From: an uncultured Eubacteriales bacterium
GTDB taxonomy: Bacteria; Bacillota; Sulfobacillia; DYIH01; JBBIPI01
Assembly: GCA_964467515.1 (NCBI GenBank)
Contig: CAYXQP010000002.1
Coordinates: forward strand, 1,275-65,274
Direction: 5' to 3'
Length of the DNA: 64,000 bases
A program made the position numbers and the translations under genes. Positions 38,647 through 49,657 of the stretch are shown in pieces (within the stretch, counting starts at the first letter, position 1; every line of letters starts with the position of its first letter). The notes beneath the pieces are model-generated. The model ran no database searches, was not told where the DNA came from, and worked only from the letters and a program-made list of their open reading frames with translations.

Positions 38647-39006
38647 ATGGGGCCGGAGGAAGTGAGGGAGGCGCGGGCGGTGGCCCGGTTCGTGCGGGTG
38701 CCGCCGCGCAAGGCCAGGGCGGTGGTGGACCTGGTGCGGGGGCGTCCGGTGCAGGAGGCCCTGCGGATGCTCAGGTTCATCCCCCGCCGGGCGGCCCGCG
38801 TGGTGGAGAAGGTGGTCCGGTCGGCGGCGGCCAACGCCGTGCACAACCACGAGATGGACGGAGACCGGCTCTACATCCACCGTGCCTACGTGGACGAGGG
38901 GCCGCGCCTCAAGCGCGTCCGGCCGGAGATGCGGGGCCAGGTGTTCCGCGTCCTCAAGAGGATGAGCCACGTGACCGTCATTCTGCGGGAGCGGGAGGAT
39001 TCCTGA
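38647..39006 (+). CDS. rplV: 50S ribosomal protein L22
   Basis: Conserved L22. 119 aa. Confidence 0.93.
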   Translation: MGPEEVREARAVARFVRVPPRKARAVVDLVRGRPVQEALRMLRFIPRRAARVVEKVVRSAAANAVHNHEMDGDRLYIHRAYVDEGPRLKRVRPEMRGQVFRVLKRMSHVTVILREREDS

Positions 39007-39770
39007 TGGGGCAGAAGGTGCATCCCAAGGGTCTGAGGATAGGCATCATCAGGGGGTGGGACTCGCGCTGGTACGCCGGGCGGGATTTCGCCCGCGTCCT
39101 GCACGAGGACATCGAGCTCCGCTCCTATCTCAAGAAACGGTTGTACGACGCGGGGATCTCGCGGGTCGAGATCGAGCGGGCCGCCAACAGGTTGACCATA
39201 AACATCCACGCGGCGCGGCCGGGCATGGTGATCGGGCGCGGCGGCGCCAGCGTGGAGCAGTTGCGGCAGGAGCTGGAGCAGCGCACGGGCCGGCAGGTTT
39301 CCCTCAACATCATGGAGGTCCGCGAGCCGGAGCTGGACGCCCAACTGGTGGCCGAGAGCGTGGCCTCCCAGCTGGAGAAGCGCATAGCCTTTCGCCGGGC
39401 CATGAAGCAGGCCGTGGGCCGGGCCATGCGGGCGGGCGCGTCGGGGTGCAAGGTCATGGTGGCCGGCCGGCTGGCGGGGGCCGAGTTGGCCCGCACCGAG
39501 TGGACGGCCGAGGGTTCCGTGCCTCTCCACACATTCCGGGCCGACGTGGACTACGGTTTCGCCGAGGCGTCCACCCCGTACGGGCGCATCGGCGTGAAGT
39601 GCTGGATCAACCGCGGCGAGGTGCTGCCCAAGGAGAAGCCGGCCGAGCGTCCCGCCGAGGCTGGGCCGGCTCCCGCCCGCGAGGCGGGCGAGGAGGCCAG
39701 GGGCGCGGCGACACGCGCGGAGGCGGCGGGGGAAGGCGGTGACGCCGATGCTGGCGCCCAAGCGGGTTGA
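39006..39770 (+). CDS. rpsC: 30S ribosomal protein S3, with a ~45-aa Ala/Glu/Gly-rich C-terminal extension
   Basis: [24 protein letters not shown]... KH domain. ATGA overlap with rplV. Confidence 0.93.
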   Translation: MGQKVHPKGLRIGIIRGWDSRWYAGRDFARVLHEDIELRSYLKKRLYDAGISRVEIERAANRLTINIHAARPGMVIGRGGASVEQLRQELEQRTGRQVSLNIMEVREPELDAQLVAESVASQLEKRIAFRRAMKQAVGRAMRAGASGCKVMVAGRLAGAELARTEWTAEGSVPLHTFRADVDYGFAEASTPYGRIGVKCWINRGEVLPKEKPAERPAEAGPAPAREAGEEARGAATRAEAAGEGGDADAGAQAG

Positions 39771-40197
39771 GTGGCGCAAGCAGCACCGGGCCCGGCTCCG
39801 TGGCCGGGCCGGGAGCGGGGACACCATCGTGTACGGTGACTTCGGCCTGCAGGCCCTGGAGGCGGCGTGGGTGACCGACAGACAGCTGGAGGCGGCGCGC
39901 GTGGCCCTGACCCGCTACATCAAGCGGGGCGGCAACGTGTGGATCAGGGTGTTCCCCGACCGGCCCTACACCAAGAAACCGGCGGAGACGCGCATGGGGG
40001 GCGGCAAGGGCTCGCCCGAGTTCTGGGTGGCGGCCGTGAAACCCGGCCGTATCCTCTTCGAGCTGGCGGGCGTAACCGAGGAGGTGGCGCGGGAGGCCAT
40101 GCGCTTGGCTTCCCACAAGCTGCCGGTCAGGACCCGCTTCGTCCGGCGCGCGCCCGAGGCTGCCGCGGCGGGAGGTGCGGGCGCAGGTGAGGGCTGA
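39748..40197 (+). CDS. rplP: 50S ribosomal protein L16
   Basis: [19 protein letters not shown]... Overlaps the rpsC 3' end. Confidence 0.93.
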   Translation: MLAPKRVEWRKQHRARLRGRAGSGDTIVYGDFGLQALEAAWVTDRQLEAARVALTRYIKRGGNVWIRVFPDRPYTKKPAETRMGGGKGSPEFWVAAVKPGRILFELAGVTEEVAREAMRLASHKLPVRTRFVRRAPEAAAAGGAGAGEG

Positions 40198-40405
40198 GGA
40201 GCTGGCCCAGCTGGCTGACGAGGAATTGGCGAAGAAGCTGGGCGAACTGGAGAGAGAGCTCGTCAACCTGCGCTTTCAAAAAGCGGTCGGCCAGCTGGAG
40301 AAGTCGCACCGTGTGCGCGAGGTCCGCAAGGACATCGCTCGGATCAAGACGATTCAGCGGCAGCGGGAGCTGGCTGCCGGGGCCGGGCGGCGGGGGCGCC
40401 GATGA
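40187..40405 (+). CDS. rpmC: 50S ribosomal protein L29
   Basis: GTG start 9 nt after GGAGGTG gives [14 protein letters not shown]... 72 aa. Confidence 0.85.
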   Translation: MRAEELAQLADEELAKKLGELERELVNLRFQKAVGQLEKSHRVREVRKDIARIKTIQRQRELAAGAGRRGRR

Positions 40406-40719
40406 GGGAGGGGCCGCAATTGGCGGAGCGGGGGAGTCGCCGGACGATGACGGGCATCGTCGTGAGCGACAAGATGGACAAAACCGTGGTGGTGGCGGTG
40501 GAGACGGTGCGGCGCCACCGCCTGTATGACAAGCCCATCCGGCGGACGCGGCGCTACAAGGCCCACGACGAGCGCAACGAGTGCCGCGTCGGGGACGTGG
40601 TGCGCGTGGTGGAGACGCGGCCGCTCTCCAAGGAAAAGCGGTGGCGGGTGGTGGAGATAGTCGCGCGGGGGCGCGAGGCTCGCCTGCTGTCCCGGGAGCG
40701 CGAGGAGGAAGGGTCGTGA
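40402..40719 (+). CDS. rpsQ: 30S ribosomal protein S17
   Basis: [17 protein letters not shown]...[26 protein letters not shown]. Confidence 0.93.
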   Translation: MREGPQLAERGSRRTMTGIVVSDKMDKTVVVAVETVRRHRLYDKPIRRTRRYKAHDERNECRVGDVVRVVETRPLSKEKRWRVVEIVARGREARLLSREREEEGS

Positions 40720-41084
40720 TCCAGGTCCAGACACGCCTGGCCGTGGCGGACAACACGGGGGCCCGAGAGTTGATGGTGATCCGGGTCCTGGGGGCCTCGC
40801 GCCGCCGGTACGCCAACATCGGCGACGTGGTGGTCTGCTCCGTCAAGGAAGCCGTGCCGGGGGGCGTGGTCAAGAAGGGTGACGTGGTCCGGGCCGTCAT
40901 CGTCCGGAGCCGGCACGGGCTCCGGCGGGAGGACGGCTCCCACATCAAGTTCGACGAGAACGCGGCCGTCATCCTCCGCGACGAAAAAGAGCCGCGGGGG
41001 ACGCGCATCTTCGGGCCGGTGGCCAGGGAGCTGCGGGAAAGGGAATTCATGCGCATCATCTCCCTGGCGCCCGAGGTGCTCTAG
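40716..41084 (+). CDS. rplN: 50S ribosomal protein L14
   Basis: GTGA overlap. [18 protein letters not shown]... Confidence 0.95.
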   Translation: MIQVQTRLAVADNTGARELMVIRVLGASRRRYANIGDVVVCSVKEAVPGGVVKKGDVVRAVIVRSRHGLRREDGSHIKFDENAAVILRDEKEPRGTRIFGPVARELREREFMRIISLAPEVL

Positions 41085-41113
41085 CGGTGGGTACGCGACG
41101 AGGTGAGAGGGGA

Positions 41114-41443
41114 ATGACCCAGCCCAGGTTGCACGTGCGCACCGGTGACGAGGTGCTCGTCATCGCGGGCAAGGACAGGGGCAAGCGGGGCAAGGTAATC
41201 AGCGCCCTGCCGCGGGAGGGCAGAGTCGTGGTGGAAGGCGTCAACCTGGTGAAGAAGCACGTCCGCCCCACCCAGAAGGTTATGCAGGGCGGCATTCAGG
41301 AGAAGGCAGCGCCCATCCACGCCTCCAACGTGATGCTGGTCTGCCCTGCCTGCGGCCGCGCCGCTCGGACGGGACGGCGCTTCCTGGAGGACGGTCGCAA
41401 GGTGCGGGTCTGCCGCCGGTGCGGGGAGGTGGTGGACCGTTGA
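41114..41443 (+). CDS. rplX: 50S ribosomal protein L24 with a C-terminal C4 zinc-ribbon extension
   Basis: KOW motif ([15 protein letters not shown]) followed by [28 protein letters not shown]. Confidence 0.9.
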   Translation: MTQPRLHVRTGDEVLVIAGKDRGKRGKVISALPREGRVVVEGVNLVKKHVRPTQKVMQGGIQEKAAPIHASNVMLVCPACGRAARTGRRFLEDGRKVRVCRRCGEVVDR

Positions 41444-41466
41444 CGGTGGGCCAGGAGGTGCCTTCG

Positions 41467-42003
41467 GTGCGGGAGCGTTACGGGCGCGACGTGGTTCCTG
41501 AGATGCAGCGCATCTTCGGGTATCGCAACGCTCTCCAGGTGCCCCGCGTGGAGAAGGTGGTCATCAACATGGGGCTGGGCGAGGCCATCCAGAATCCCAA
41601 GGCTCTGGACGCCGCCGCCGCCGACCTGGCCGCCATCACGGGACAGCGACCGGCGGTGGCCAGGGCGCGCAAGTCGGTGGCCGCCTTCAAGATAAGGAAG
41701 GGAATGGCCATCGGTCTGCGGGTGACCCTGCGGGGCCGGAGGATGTACGACTTCCTCGATCGTCTCTTCAATCTGGCCCTGCCCCGGGTGCGGGACTTCC
41801 GCGGGCTGTCGCCCCATTCCTTCGACGGTCGCGGCAACTATACTTTCGGCCTGCGGGAGCAACTGGTGTTCCCGGAGATCGACTATGACAAGGTGGACAG
41901 GGTGCGGGGCATGGACATCACGATCGTGACCACGGCGAGGACCGACGAGGAGGCGCGGGAGCTCCTGCGCCTCCTGGGCATGCCCTTCCGTGGACCAAGG
42001 TGA
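41467..42003 (+). CDS. rplE: 50S ribosomal protein L5
   Basis: GTG start 7 nt after [26 protein letters not shown]...[10 protein letters not shown]. Confidence 0.93.
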   Translation: MRERYGRDVVPEMQRIFGYRNALQVPRVEKVVINMGLGEAIQNPKALDAAAADLAAITGQRPAVARARKSVAAFKIRKGMAIGLRVTLRGRRMYDFLDRLFNLALPRVRDFRGLSPHSFDGRGNYTFGLREQLVFPEIDYDKVDRVRGMDITIVTTARTDEEARELLRLLGMPFRGPR

Positions 42004-42013
42004 GGTGGGTTTC

Positions 42014-42199
42014 TTGGCACGCAAGGCTCAGATCGAAAAATCCCGGCGGGAGCCCAAGTTCGAGACCAGGCGGCGCAACCGTTGTCTCCGCTGCGGGCGT
42101 CCCCGGGCCGTACTCCGCCGGTTCGCCCTGTGCCGCCTTTGCTTCCGGGCCCTTGCCCACCGCGGCGAGATACCGGGCGTCAAGAAGGCCAGTTGGTAG
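42014..42199 (+). CDS. rpsN: 30S ribosomal protein S14 type Z (61-aa zinc form)
   Basis: [10 protein letters not shown]...[25 protein letters not shown] start with an AAGGTGAGGTGGG Shine-Dalgarno. The GTG at 42005 is an alternative. Confidence 0.85.
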   Translation: MARKAQIEKSRREPKFETRRRNRCLRCGRPRAVLRRFALCRLCFRALAHRGEIPGVKKASW

Positions 42200-42210
42200 G
42201 TGAGAGGGAG

Positions 42211-42609
42211 ATGAACCTGTCCGATCCTATTGCCGACATGCTGACGCGCATCCGCAACGCCAACGTGGTCTACCGGGAACAGGTGGAGGTCCCGGGCTCG
42301 CGGATCAAGAGGGCCATCGCCGAAATCCTCAAGCGCGAGGGATTCATCCGGGACTACGAGTGGGTGGAGGACGGCAAGCAGGGTACCATCCGCGTCCACA
42401 TGAAGTACGGCCCGAACCGGCGGCGGGTGATCACCAATCTGCGGCGGGTATCCCGCCCGGGGCGCAGGGTGTACGTGACGGCCGACAGGCTGCCGCGGGT
42501 CCTGGGCGGGCTCGGTCTCGCCATTCTTTCCACGTCGCGGGGCCTCATGACCGACGAGGAGGCGCGCCGCGCCGGCCTGGGCGGTGAGGTCCTGTGCTAC
42601 GTGTGGTGA
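42211..42609 (+). CDS. rpsH: 30S ribosomal protein S8
   Basis: [17 protein letters not shown]... Confidence 0.95.
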   Translation: MNLSDPIADMLTRIRNANVVYREQVEVPGSRIKRAIAEILKREGFIRDYEWVEDGKQGTIRVHMKYGPNRRRVITNLRRVSRPGRRVYVTADRLPRVLGGLGLAILSTSRGLMTDEEARRAGLGGEVLCYVW

Positions 42610-42646
42610 CAAGGCTCCACCGGCGGAAGGGGCGGGGGTGAGTTCT

Positions 42647-43186
42647 GTGTCCAGGATCGGCAAGATGCCCATCCAGGTCCCGGACGGGGTGCGCGTGACG
42701 GTGGAGGGCGGCAACGTCACCGTCACAGGTCCCAAGGGCAGCCTCACCTACGTGCTGCCGACCGGCATAAGCGCCGACCTGACGGACGGCAGCCTCCTGG
42801 TGCGGCGCCTGGGAGAGGACGGCGACCTGAGGGCCAAGCACGGCCTGGCGCGTTCGCTCCTGGCCAACATGGTGCAGGGAGTGGCCTCCGGCTACGAGCG
42901 GGTTCTGGAGCTCCACGGCACCGGCTACCGGGCGGCCAAGGTCGGCAACAAGGTCGTCCTGCAGGTGGGCTTCTCCCACCCGGTGGAGGTGGAGGCGCCG
43001 GTGGGCGTGGAGCTGGACGTGCCGGCTCCCAACCAGATAACGGTGCGGGGGGCCGACAAGCAGCTGGTGGGACAGGTGGCGGCCGACATCCGGGCCATCC
43101 GGCCACCGGAACCGTACCTGGGCAAGGGGATCAGGTACGCCGGGGAGAGGGTGCGGCGCAAGGCCGGCAAGGCGGGCAAGAAATGA
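42647..43186 (+). CDS. rplF: 50S ribosomal protein L6
   Basis: GTG start gives [21 protein letters not shown]... Confidence 0.93.
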   Translation: MSRIGKMPIQVPDGVRVTVEGGNVTVTGPKGSLTYVLPTGISADLTDGSLLVRRLGEDGDLRAKHGLARSLLANMVQGVASGYERVLELHGTGYRAAKVGNKVVLQVGFSHPVEVEAPVGVELDVPAPNQITVRGADKQLVGQVAADIRAIRPPEPYLGKGIRYAGERVRRKAGKAGKK

Positions 43187-43213
43187 CGCGCCCCAAGGGC
43201 TGGTGGTGAGGAC

Positions 43214-43576
43214 ATGGGTTCCAGGCAACCGGACGGGCGGGAACGCAGGCACAGGCGCCTCCGGAAGAGGGTCCACGGTACGGCCGAGCGGCCGCGGCTC
43301 AACGTCTTCCGGAGCCTGCGGCACATCTACGCCCAGGTCATCGAGGACGACACGGGCCGCACCCTGGCGGCCGCTTCCACCCTCGACCCCGAGGTGAGGT
43401 CGGAGGCGCAGGGGCTCAATAAGACCGAGGCCGCCCGCCTGGTGGGACAGGTGGTGGCGCGGCGGGCCCTGGCCAAGGGGATCGCGCGCGTGGTCTTCGA
43501 CCGGGGCGGATACCGCTACCATGGCCGGGTGGCCGCCGTGGCAGAGGGCGCCAGGTCGGGGGGATTGGAGTTTTGA
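43214..43576 (+). CDS. rplR: 50S ribosomal protein L18
   Basis: Conserved L18. 120 aa. Confidence 0.93.
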   Translation: MGSRQPDGRERRHRRLRKRVHGTAERPRLNVFRSLRHIYAQVIEDDTGRTLAAASTLDPEVRSEAQGLNKTEAARLVGQVVARRALAKGIARVVFDRGGYRYHGRVAAVAEGARSGGLEF

Positions 43577-43620
43577 CTGTCGGGGCGGCCGGCGGTAGGC
43601 CGGGGAAAGGGGAGCGTTCG

Positions 43621-44121
43621 GTGGCCAGGCACGACGAGGCTGCGGATCAGCTCGAGGAGAGGGTTGTGGCCATAAACCGGGTATCCAAGACGGTGGCCGG
43701 AGGGCGCCGCTTCCACTTCAGTGCCCTGGTGGTGGTGGGCAACCGGCAGGGGCAGGTGGGCGTGGCCCTGGGCAAGGCCACCGAGGTCCCGGAGGCCATC
43801 CGCAAGGGGATCCAGAGGGCCAAGAAGGGCATGGTGGAGGTGCCCCTGCGGGAGGGCACCATCCCCCACCAGGTGGAGGGGCACTTCGGGCCGGGCCTCG
43901 TCATTCTCAAGCCGGCACCCGCGGGGACCGGGATCATCGCCGGCGGGGCCGTGCGGGCGGTGGTGGAGCTGGCAGGGGTCAGGGACGTGGTGGCCAAGGT
44001 GCTGGGGTCGCGTAACCCCGTCAACGTGGTCTACGCCACCATGGAGGGCTTGCGCCAGCTCAGGCGACCGGAAGAGGTCATGACGGCGCGGGGCAAGGTC
44101 GAGGTCGGTCTGAGCGGCTGA
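43621..44121 (+). CDS. rpsE: 30S ribosomal protein S5
   Basis: GTG start 7 nt after GGAAAGGGGAG. ...[31 protein letters not shown]... Confidence 0.93.
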   Translation: MARHDEAADQLEERVVAINRVSKTVAGGRRFHFSALVVVGNRQGQVGVALGKATEVPEAIRKGIQRAKKGMVEVPLREGTIPHQVEGHFGPGLVILKPAPAGTGIIAGGAVRAVVELAGVRDVVAKVLGSRNPVNVVYATMEGLRQLRRPEEVMTARGKVEVGLSG

Positions 44122-44134
44122 GGGGGACGGTGCC

Positions 44135-44611
44135 ATGCCAGGCATTCACGAGATCAAGGCTCCGCCGCGCAGGCGGAGGAAGCGGGTGGGCCGCGGCCCC
44201 GGCTCGGGCCATGGCAAGACGGCCACGCGGGGTCACAAGGGTCAGAAGGCGAGGAGCGGTGGCGCCAAGGGACCGGGTTTCGAGGGCGGGCAGATGCCGC
44301 TGCACCGCCGCATCCCCCGGCGGGGCTTCAACAATGCCCGCTTCCGGAAGAGGCCGGCGGTGGTCAACGTGGGGGAGCTGAACGTCTTTCCGGACGGTGC
44401 GGAGGTGACCCCCGAGGAATTGCTGGCCCGCGGTCTGGTGGCCTCCCTGCGCGATGGGGTGAAGGTGCTGGGTGACGGGGACCTGGACCGTCGTCTCACC
44501 GTCCACGCCCATGCCTTCAGCGCCACGGCCGGCGACAAGATAGCGGCCTGCGGGGGCCGGGCGGTGCTCATAAAAGAGGGACGGGAAGCGGAGGACGAGC
44601 GGGCGTCCTGA
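44135..44611 (+). CDS. rplO: 50S ribosomal protein L15
   Basis: VGRGPGSGHGKTATRGHKGQKARSG... It follows rpsE after only 13 nt, so no rpmD (L30) is present here. Confidence 0.93.
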   Translation: MPGIHEIKAPPRRRRKRVGRGPGSGHGKTATRGHKGQKARSGGAKGPGFEGGQMPLHRRIPRRGFNNARFRKRPAVVNVGELNVFPDGAEVTPEELLARGLVASLRDGVKVLGDGDLDRRLTVHAHAFSATAGDKIAACGGRAVLIKEGREAEDERAS

Positions 44612-44644
44612 CGCGGGACGGGCTGCGGAGGGGGAGGCCTCGAG

Positions 44645-45928
44645 GTGGCCACGGCTACGGGAACGATCCTGAACACCATCGGCCAGGCCCTGCAGGTGGG
44701 CGAGCTGCGGCGGCGCGTCCTCTTCACCGTGTGGATGTTCTTCGTCTTCCGGTTGGGGGCTCACATCCCGGTGCCCGGCGTGGATCCCAAGCGGATCGAG
44801 GAGCTCTTTGCCACGGGATCCCTGTTCCTGTTCCTGGATGTTTTCGCCGGAGGGGCGCTCCGGGCCTTCACCGTTTTCGCCATGAGCATCATCCCTTACA
44901 TCAACGCTTCTATCATCATGCAGTTGTTGACGCTGGTGGTGCCCACCTTCGAGCGCTGGGCCAAGGAGGGCGAGGAGGGGCGGAAGCGCCTGACCCAGTT
45001 CACGCGGTACGGCACCGTCCTCCTGGCGGTGATCCAAGCCTTCGGCGTCGCCTTTTTCCTTCGCCAGAGCGGCGCTCTCCTGAGCCCAAGCATCGCCGGG
45101 ACCCTGGTGATCGTGGTGGCCCTCACGGCCGGGACCACTTTTCTCATGTGGATCGGCGAGCAGGTCACGGAGAAGGGAGTGGGCAACGGTATCTCCCTCA
45201 TCGTCTTCGCCGGCATAGTCTCACGGCTGCCGCAGGGCACGGCCAACCTGATCCAGTACCTGCAGGGAGGTCGCATCTCCATCTTCAACCTCATCGTCAT
45301 GGTGGTGCTGGGCCTGGCCGTCATCGCCGGGGTGGTCTGGGTGCAGCAGGGGCAGCGGCGGGTGCCGGTGCAGTATGCCAGGCAGGTCAGGGGTCGGCGC
45401 GTGTACGGGGGTCAGTCCACCCACCTGCCCATCCGCGTCAACCAGGCGGGGGTCATCCCCATCATCTTCGCCGCCTCCATCCTCTCCCTGCCGGCGACCC
45501 TCAGCCAGTTCGTGCAGCACCCCCTGGCGAGGGCCGTGTCGGCGGCCCTCGGGTTCGGGACGTGGCTCTACACGGTGCTCTACGTGGCCTTCATCATTTT
45601 TTTCACCTTCTTCTACACGGCGGTCATCTTCAACCCCAACGACGTGGCCGACAACATCAAGAAGTACGGGGGCTTCATCCCCGGCCTCCGGCCGGGCAAG
45701 CCCACGGCCCAGTATCTGGCCAAGGTGCTGGAGAGGGTTACCCTGGCCGGTGCCGTTTTCCTGGCGGCCGTGGCCATCCTGCCGGTCTTCTTCGGCCGGC
45801 TCACCAACATACCCAACGTCTTCTTCGGCGGGACGGCCCTCCTGATCGTGGTGGGTGTCTCCCTGGAGACCATGAAGCAGATCGAGGCGCACCTATTGAT
45901 GCGCCATTATCAGGGATTCATGAAATAG
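44645..45928 (+). CDS. secY: Preprotein translocase subunit SecY
   Basis: 10 TM helices. Conserved SecY blocks. 427 aa. Confidence 0.95.
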   Translation: MATATGTILNTIGQALQVGELRRRVLFTVWMFFVFRLGAHIPVPGVDPKRIEELFATGSLFLFLDVFAGGALRAFTVFAMSIIPYINASIIMQLLTLVVPTFERWAKEGEEGRKRLTQFTRYGTVLLAVIQAFGVAFFLRQSGALLSPSIAGTLVIVVALTAGTTFLMWIGEQVTEKGVGNGISLIVFAGIVSRLPQGTANLIQYLQGGRISIFNLIVMVVLGLAVIAGVVWVQQGQRRVPVQYARQVRGRRVYGGQSTHLPIRVNQAGVIPIIFAASILSLPATLSQFVQHPLARAVSAALGFGTWLYTVLYVAFIIFFTFFYTAVIFNPNDVADNIKKYGGFIPGLRPGKPTAQYLAKVLERVTLAGAVFLAAVAILPVFFGRLTNIPNVFFGGTALLIVVGVSLETMKQIEAHLLMRHYQGFMK

Positions 45929-45939
45929 GGGCTGGTGAC

Positions 45940-46602
45940 GTGCGCGTCGTCTTCCTAGGACCCCCGGGAGCGGGGAAGGGTACCCAGGCTCGATTGCTGG
46001 CGGAGGGGGAGGGTGTGCCTCACGTGGCCACCGGCGATCTTTTCCGGGCGGCGGTGGCCTCCGGGACGGAGCTGGGCCGGCGCGTGGCCGGGTTCCTCCA
46101 GGCGGGCCGCCTGGTGCCCGACGAGGTGACGGTGGCGGTGGTGGCGGAGCGCCTGGCGCGGGACGACTGCAAGGCAGGGTTCGTGCTGGACGGCTTCCCG
46201 CGCACGGTCGCCCAGGCCGAGGCCCTGGAGGAGGTCTTGCGGGAACGGGGCTGGCTGTTGGATGCGGTCCTTGCTCTGGAGGTCTCCGCTGCCGAGGTGG
46301 TGCGCAGGCTTGCCGGGCGGCGGGTCTGCAGTGTCTGCGGGGCCAATTATCACGTCGAGTTTCGCCCCCCTGCCCGGGCGGGGGTGTGCGACGCCTGCGG
46401 CGGCGCCCTGGTCCAACGTCCGGACGACAGGGAGGAAACCATCCGCGTCCGCCTCTCCGTCTACCGGCAGGAGGCGGAGCCGGTGGTGGACCACTATCGG
46501 CAGCAGGGGCTCCTACGGGTGGTGGACGGTGACAGGCCGGCGGCCGAGGTGGCCCGCGAGGTCGCCCGCCTGGTGGGAGGGCGCGCGCCGGCGCACCCAT
46601 GA
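45940..46602 (+). CDS. adk: Adenylate kinase (zinc-binding LID)
   Basis: GTG start. MRVVFLGPPGAGKGTQA. LID domain CSVCGANYH...CDACGG. Confidence 0.93.
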   Translation: MRVVFLGPPGAGKGTQARLLAEGEGVPHVATGDLFRAAVASGTELGRRVAGFLQAGRLVPDEVTVAVVAERLARDDCKAGFVLDGFPRTVAQAEALEEVLRERGWLLDAVLALEVSAAEVVRRLAGRRVCSVCGANYHVEFRPPARAGVCDACGGALVQRPDDREETIRVRLSVYRQEAEPVVDHYRQQGLLRVVDGDRPAAEVAREVARLVGGRAPAHP

Positions 46603-47345
46603 TCGTGCTGAAGGGCGAACGGGAGATCGGCTGCCTGCGTGAGGCGGGACGCATCGTGGCCAGGTGTCACGCCTGGCTCGCGCGTCACCTGCGACCCGGT
46701 ATCACCACGGGCGAGCTGGACCGGCTGGCGGAGCGGTTCCTGCGGGGACTCGGGGCCGAGCCGACCTTCAAGGGCTATCACGGCTATCCGGCCAGCATCT
46801 GCGTCTCCGTCAACGACGAGGTGGTACACGGTCTGCCGGGGCCGCGGGTTTTGAAAGAGGGTGATATAATCAGCATCGACGTCGGGGCCACCTACCGGGG
46901 CTACGTTGGCGACGCAGCCTGGACCTGGCCGGTGGGGAGGGTGGACCGGGTCGCCGTCGAGCTCATGCGGGTGACGCGCGAGGCGCTCTTGTCCGCCATA
47001 GACCGGTGCTGGCCGGGCGGGCGCCTGAGTGACATATCGCACGCCGTCCAGTCCCATGTGGAGCGCCATGGGTTCAGCGTGGTGAGGCAGTACGTGGGGC
47101 ACGGGGTTGGCCGCCAGATGCACGAGGACCCGCAGGTTCCCAACTTCGGTCCTCCGGGCCGGGGGCCACGCCTCGAGCCGGGCATGGTCCTGGCCATCGA
47201 ACCCATGGTGACGGCCGGTTCCCACGAGGTCGTGACCGCCGCGGACGGTTGGACGGTCAAGACCAAGGACGGGGGTCTGGCCGCCCATTTCGAGCACACC
47301 GTCGCCATAACCTCGGCAGGACCGCGTATCCTGACGGTGCCTTGA
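46599..47345 (+). CDS. map: Type I methionine aminopeptidase
   Basis: Conserved Map metal ligands. ATGA overlap with adk. Confidence 0.93.
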   Translation: MIVLKGEREIGCLREAGRIVARCHAWLARHLRPGITTGELDRLAERFLRGLGAEPTFKGYHGYPASICVSVNDEVVHGLPGPRVLKEGDIISIDVGATYRGYVGDAAWTWPVGRVDRVAVELMRVTREALLSAIDRCWPGGRLSDISHAVQSHVERHGFSVVRQYVGHGVGRQMHEDPQVPNFGPPGRGPRLEPGMVLAIEPMVTAGSHEVVTAADGWTVKTKDGGLAAHFEHTVAITSAGPRILTVP

Positions 47346-47401
47346 CACGGGGGATACGGCAGATGGCGGGGAAGGGGTCCGGCGTGGCGGGGGAGGGACC
47401 G

Positions 47402-47719
47402 TTGCAGCCCGGTCAGGTGGTGGCCTCGCGGGCCGGGCGGGACAGCGGGTGCTTGCTGGTGGTGCTGCGGGTTCTGGACGACCGCTACGTCCTCGTAGCC
47501 GACGGCCGGCTGCGTACGGCGGAAAGGCCCAAGCGCAAGAACGTGCGGCACCTGCAGCCGTGCGGGCCCGTGGTAGAATCGGTAGCGCGCAAGGCTGCCG
47601 CGGGCGGGAGGATCACGGACGCCGAACTGCGCCGAGCGCTGCGAGACATCGGGCCCGGTGGTCAGGGACGGGCGCCGGGGGAGATGGGAGAGGGGAATGG
47701 CGGGCAAGGACGTCATTGA
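47402..47719 (+). CDS. KOW-domain protein (like B. subtilis YbzG, which sits between map and infA)
   Basis: [37 protein letters not shown] start after a GGGGGAGGG Shine-Dalgarno. The ATG at 47363 is an alternative. Confidence 0.65.
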   Translation: MQPGQVVASRAGRDSGCLLVVLRVLDDRYVLVADGRLRTAERPKRKNVRHLQPCGPVVESVARKAAAGGRITDAELRRALRDIGPGGQGRAPGEMGEGNGGQGRH

Positions 47720-47918
47720 GGTCCAGGGCACGGTGACCGAGTCGCTGCCCAACGGCATGTTCCGGGTCGAGCTGGAGAACGGTCACAGAGTCCTGGCCCA
47801 CGTGTCGGGCAAGATCAGGATGCACTTCATCAGGATCCTGCCCGGTGACCGCGTGACAGTGGAACTGTCGCCGTACGATCTGACCCGTGGCCGCATCACC
47901 TACCGCCTGCGCGGTTGA
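47697..47918 (+). CDS. infA: Translation initiation factor IF-1
   Basis: [48 protein letters not shown]... Confidence 0.95.
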   Translation: MAGKDVIEVQGTVTESLPNGMFRVELENGHRVLAHVSGKIRMHFIRILPGDRVTVELSPYDLTRGRITYRLRG

Positions 47919-47958
47919 GCCGTGCCGGGCGAGGGCCCCGGTCGAGGAGGAGGAAGAA

Positions 47959-48072
47959 GTGAAGATCAGGCCGTCGGTGAAGAAGATTTGCGAGAAGTGC
48001 AAGATAATTCGCCGCCACGGGCGTATAATGATTGTTTGTGAGAATCCCAAGCACAAGCAGCGCCAGGGCTAG
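47959..48072 (+). CDS. rpmJ: 50S ribosomal protein L36 (zinc form)
   Basis: GTG start. [37 protein letters not shown]. Confidence 0.9.
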   Translation: MKIRPSVKKICEKCKIIRRHGRIMIVCENPKHKQRQG

Positions 48073-48081
48073 CGGGGGGTA

Positions 48082-48468
48082 ATGGCGGTGGCGCGCATAG
48101 CAGGTGTGGACCTGCCCAGGGACAGGAGGATCGAGGCGGCTCTGCCCGTCATCTATGGCATCGGTTTTTCGCGGGCGCGCGAAATACTGGCGGCGACGGG
48201 CATCGACCGCGACACGCGCGTGCGGGACCTGACCGAGACCGAGGTGGCCCGGCTCAGGGACTATATCGAGCGCAACTTCAAAGTGGAGGGTGAGCTGCGG
48301 GCCGAGGTGCAGCTGAACATCCGGCGCCTCATGGACATCGGGTGTTATCGCGGCCTGCGCCACAGGCGGGGCCTGCCCGTGCGGGGGCAGCGCACCCGGA
48401 CCAACGCGCGGACGAGGAAGGGCCCGCGCCGCACCGTGGCCGGCAAGAAGAAGGCGACCAAGAAGTAA
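48082..48468 (+). CDS. rpsM: 30S ribosomal protein S13
   Basis: (M)[18 protein letters not shown]... The start may be the GTG at 48088. Confidence 0.93.
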   Translation: MAVARIAGVDLPRDRRIEAALPVIYGIGFSRAREILAATGIDRDTRVRDLTETEVARLRDYIERNFKVEGELRAEVQLNIRRLMDIGCYRGLRHRRGLPVRGQRTRTNARTRKGPRRTVAGKKKATKK

Positions 48469-48549
48469 CCCTCGATCGGGACAATTCGGCTTCGCGGCGG
48501 CGGGGGACGGTATGCCCCGCTGCCGCTCCGCCGGGGAGGAAGGCCAGCG

Positions 48550-48951
48550 ATGATCAAGAAGGAAAAGGGGCGCAAGCCCCGGGCACGCAAGCGCGAGCGC
48601 AAGAACGTCGAGCACGCCGTGGCCCACATCCAGTCGACGTTCAACAACACCATCATCACCATCACCGACCCGCAGGGCAATGCCATCGCCTGGGGGTCAA
48701 GCGGGACCATCGGCTTCAAGGGAGCCAAGAAGGGAACCCCGTACGCGGCCCAACTGGCGGCCGAGCATGCCGCCCGCCTGGCCATGGAGCACGGGGTGCG
48801 ATCGGTGGAGGTGGAGGTGAAGGGCCCGGGTTCGGGACGCGAGGCCGCCATCCGGTCGCTCCAGGCGGCGGGGCTCGACGTCCGTTCCATCAAGGATGTA
48901 ACGCCGGTGCCTCACAACGGTTGCCGGCCGCCCAAGCGGCGGCGGGTCTGA
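48550..48951 (+). CDS. rpsK: 30S ribosomal protein S11
   Basis: Conserved S11. 133 aa. Confidence 0.95.
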   Translation: MIKKEKGRKPRARKRERKNVEHAVAHIQSTFNNTIITITDPQGNAIAWGSSGTIGFKGAKKGTPYAAQLAAEHAARLAMEHGVRSVEVEVKGPGSGREAAIRSLQAAGLDVRSIKDVTPVPHNGCRPPKRRRV

Positions 48952-48963
48952 GGGGGTTCGAGG

Positions 48964-49590
48964 ATGGCCAGGCAGCGAGGTCCGCTCTGCCGTCTCTGCC
49001 GCAGGGAGGGCATCAAGCTCTTCCTCAAGGGTGACAGGTGCTACACGCCCAAGTGCGCCGTCGAGCGCAAGGGGCACCCGCCGGGCCAGCACGGCCGCGA
49101 GCGCCGCAAGCTCTCGGAGTACGGGGTGCACCTGCGGGAGAAGCAGAAGGTGCGGCGGTTCTACGGGGTGCTGGAGCGCCAGTTCCGCCGTTACGTGGCG
49201 CGGGCCATGCGCACCCGCGGCGTCACGGGGACCGCCCTTCTGCGCCTGCTGGAGAGGCGGCTGGACAACGTGGTTCACCGCGCCGGCCTGGCGGCGTCCC
49301 GGGCCGAGGCGCGACAGCTGGTCAACCACGGCCACTTCCAGGTCAACGGACGCAAGGTGGACGTGCCCTCCTACCTGCTGCGCCAGGGCGACGTGGTGGA
49401 GGTGCGGGAGGGCTCTCGTTCGCTGCCGCGTTTCAAGGAACTGGCCGAGGCTGCGGCGGCGAGGAGACTCCCGGACTGGCTCTCCGCCGATTACGAGGCC
49501 ATGCGGGTCAACGTGCTCCGTTACCCGGAGCGGGAGGAAATCGATCTCCCCGTGAAGGAGCAGCTCATCGTTGAGCACTATGCTCGTTGA
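48964..49590 (+). CDS. rpsD: 30S ribosomal protein S4 (zinc-finger form)
   Basis: CRLCRREG...CYTPKC. 208 aa. Confidence 0.95.
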   Translation: MARQRGPLCRLCRREGIKLFLKGDRCYTPKCAVERKGHPPGQHGRERRKLSEYGVHLREKQKVRRFYGVLERQFRRYVARAMRTRGVTGTALLRLLERRLDNVVHRAGLAASRAEARQLVNHGHFQVNGRKVDVPSYLLRQGDVVEVREGSRSLPRFKELAEAAAARRLPDWLSADYEAMRVNVLRYPEREEIDLPVKEQLIVEHYAR

Positions 49591-49657
49591 ACAGTTGGGC
49601 GCCTCGGCGGGGAGGCGCCAGGGCGGAGACGGCGAGTCCGGGCAAGGGGGGTTCGGT

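Noticed and set aside
38640-39005. Upstream part of the 376-aa ORF that contains rpsC
   Set aside because: This part overlaps rplV in another frame. S3 begins at the internal ATG at 39006, which overlaps the rplV stop.
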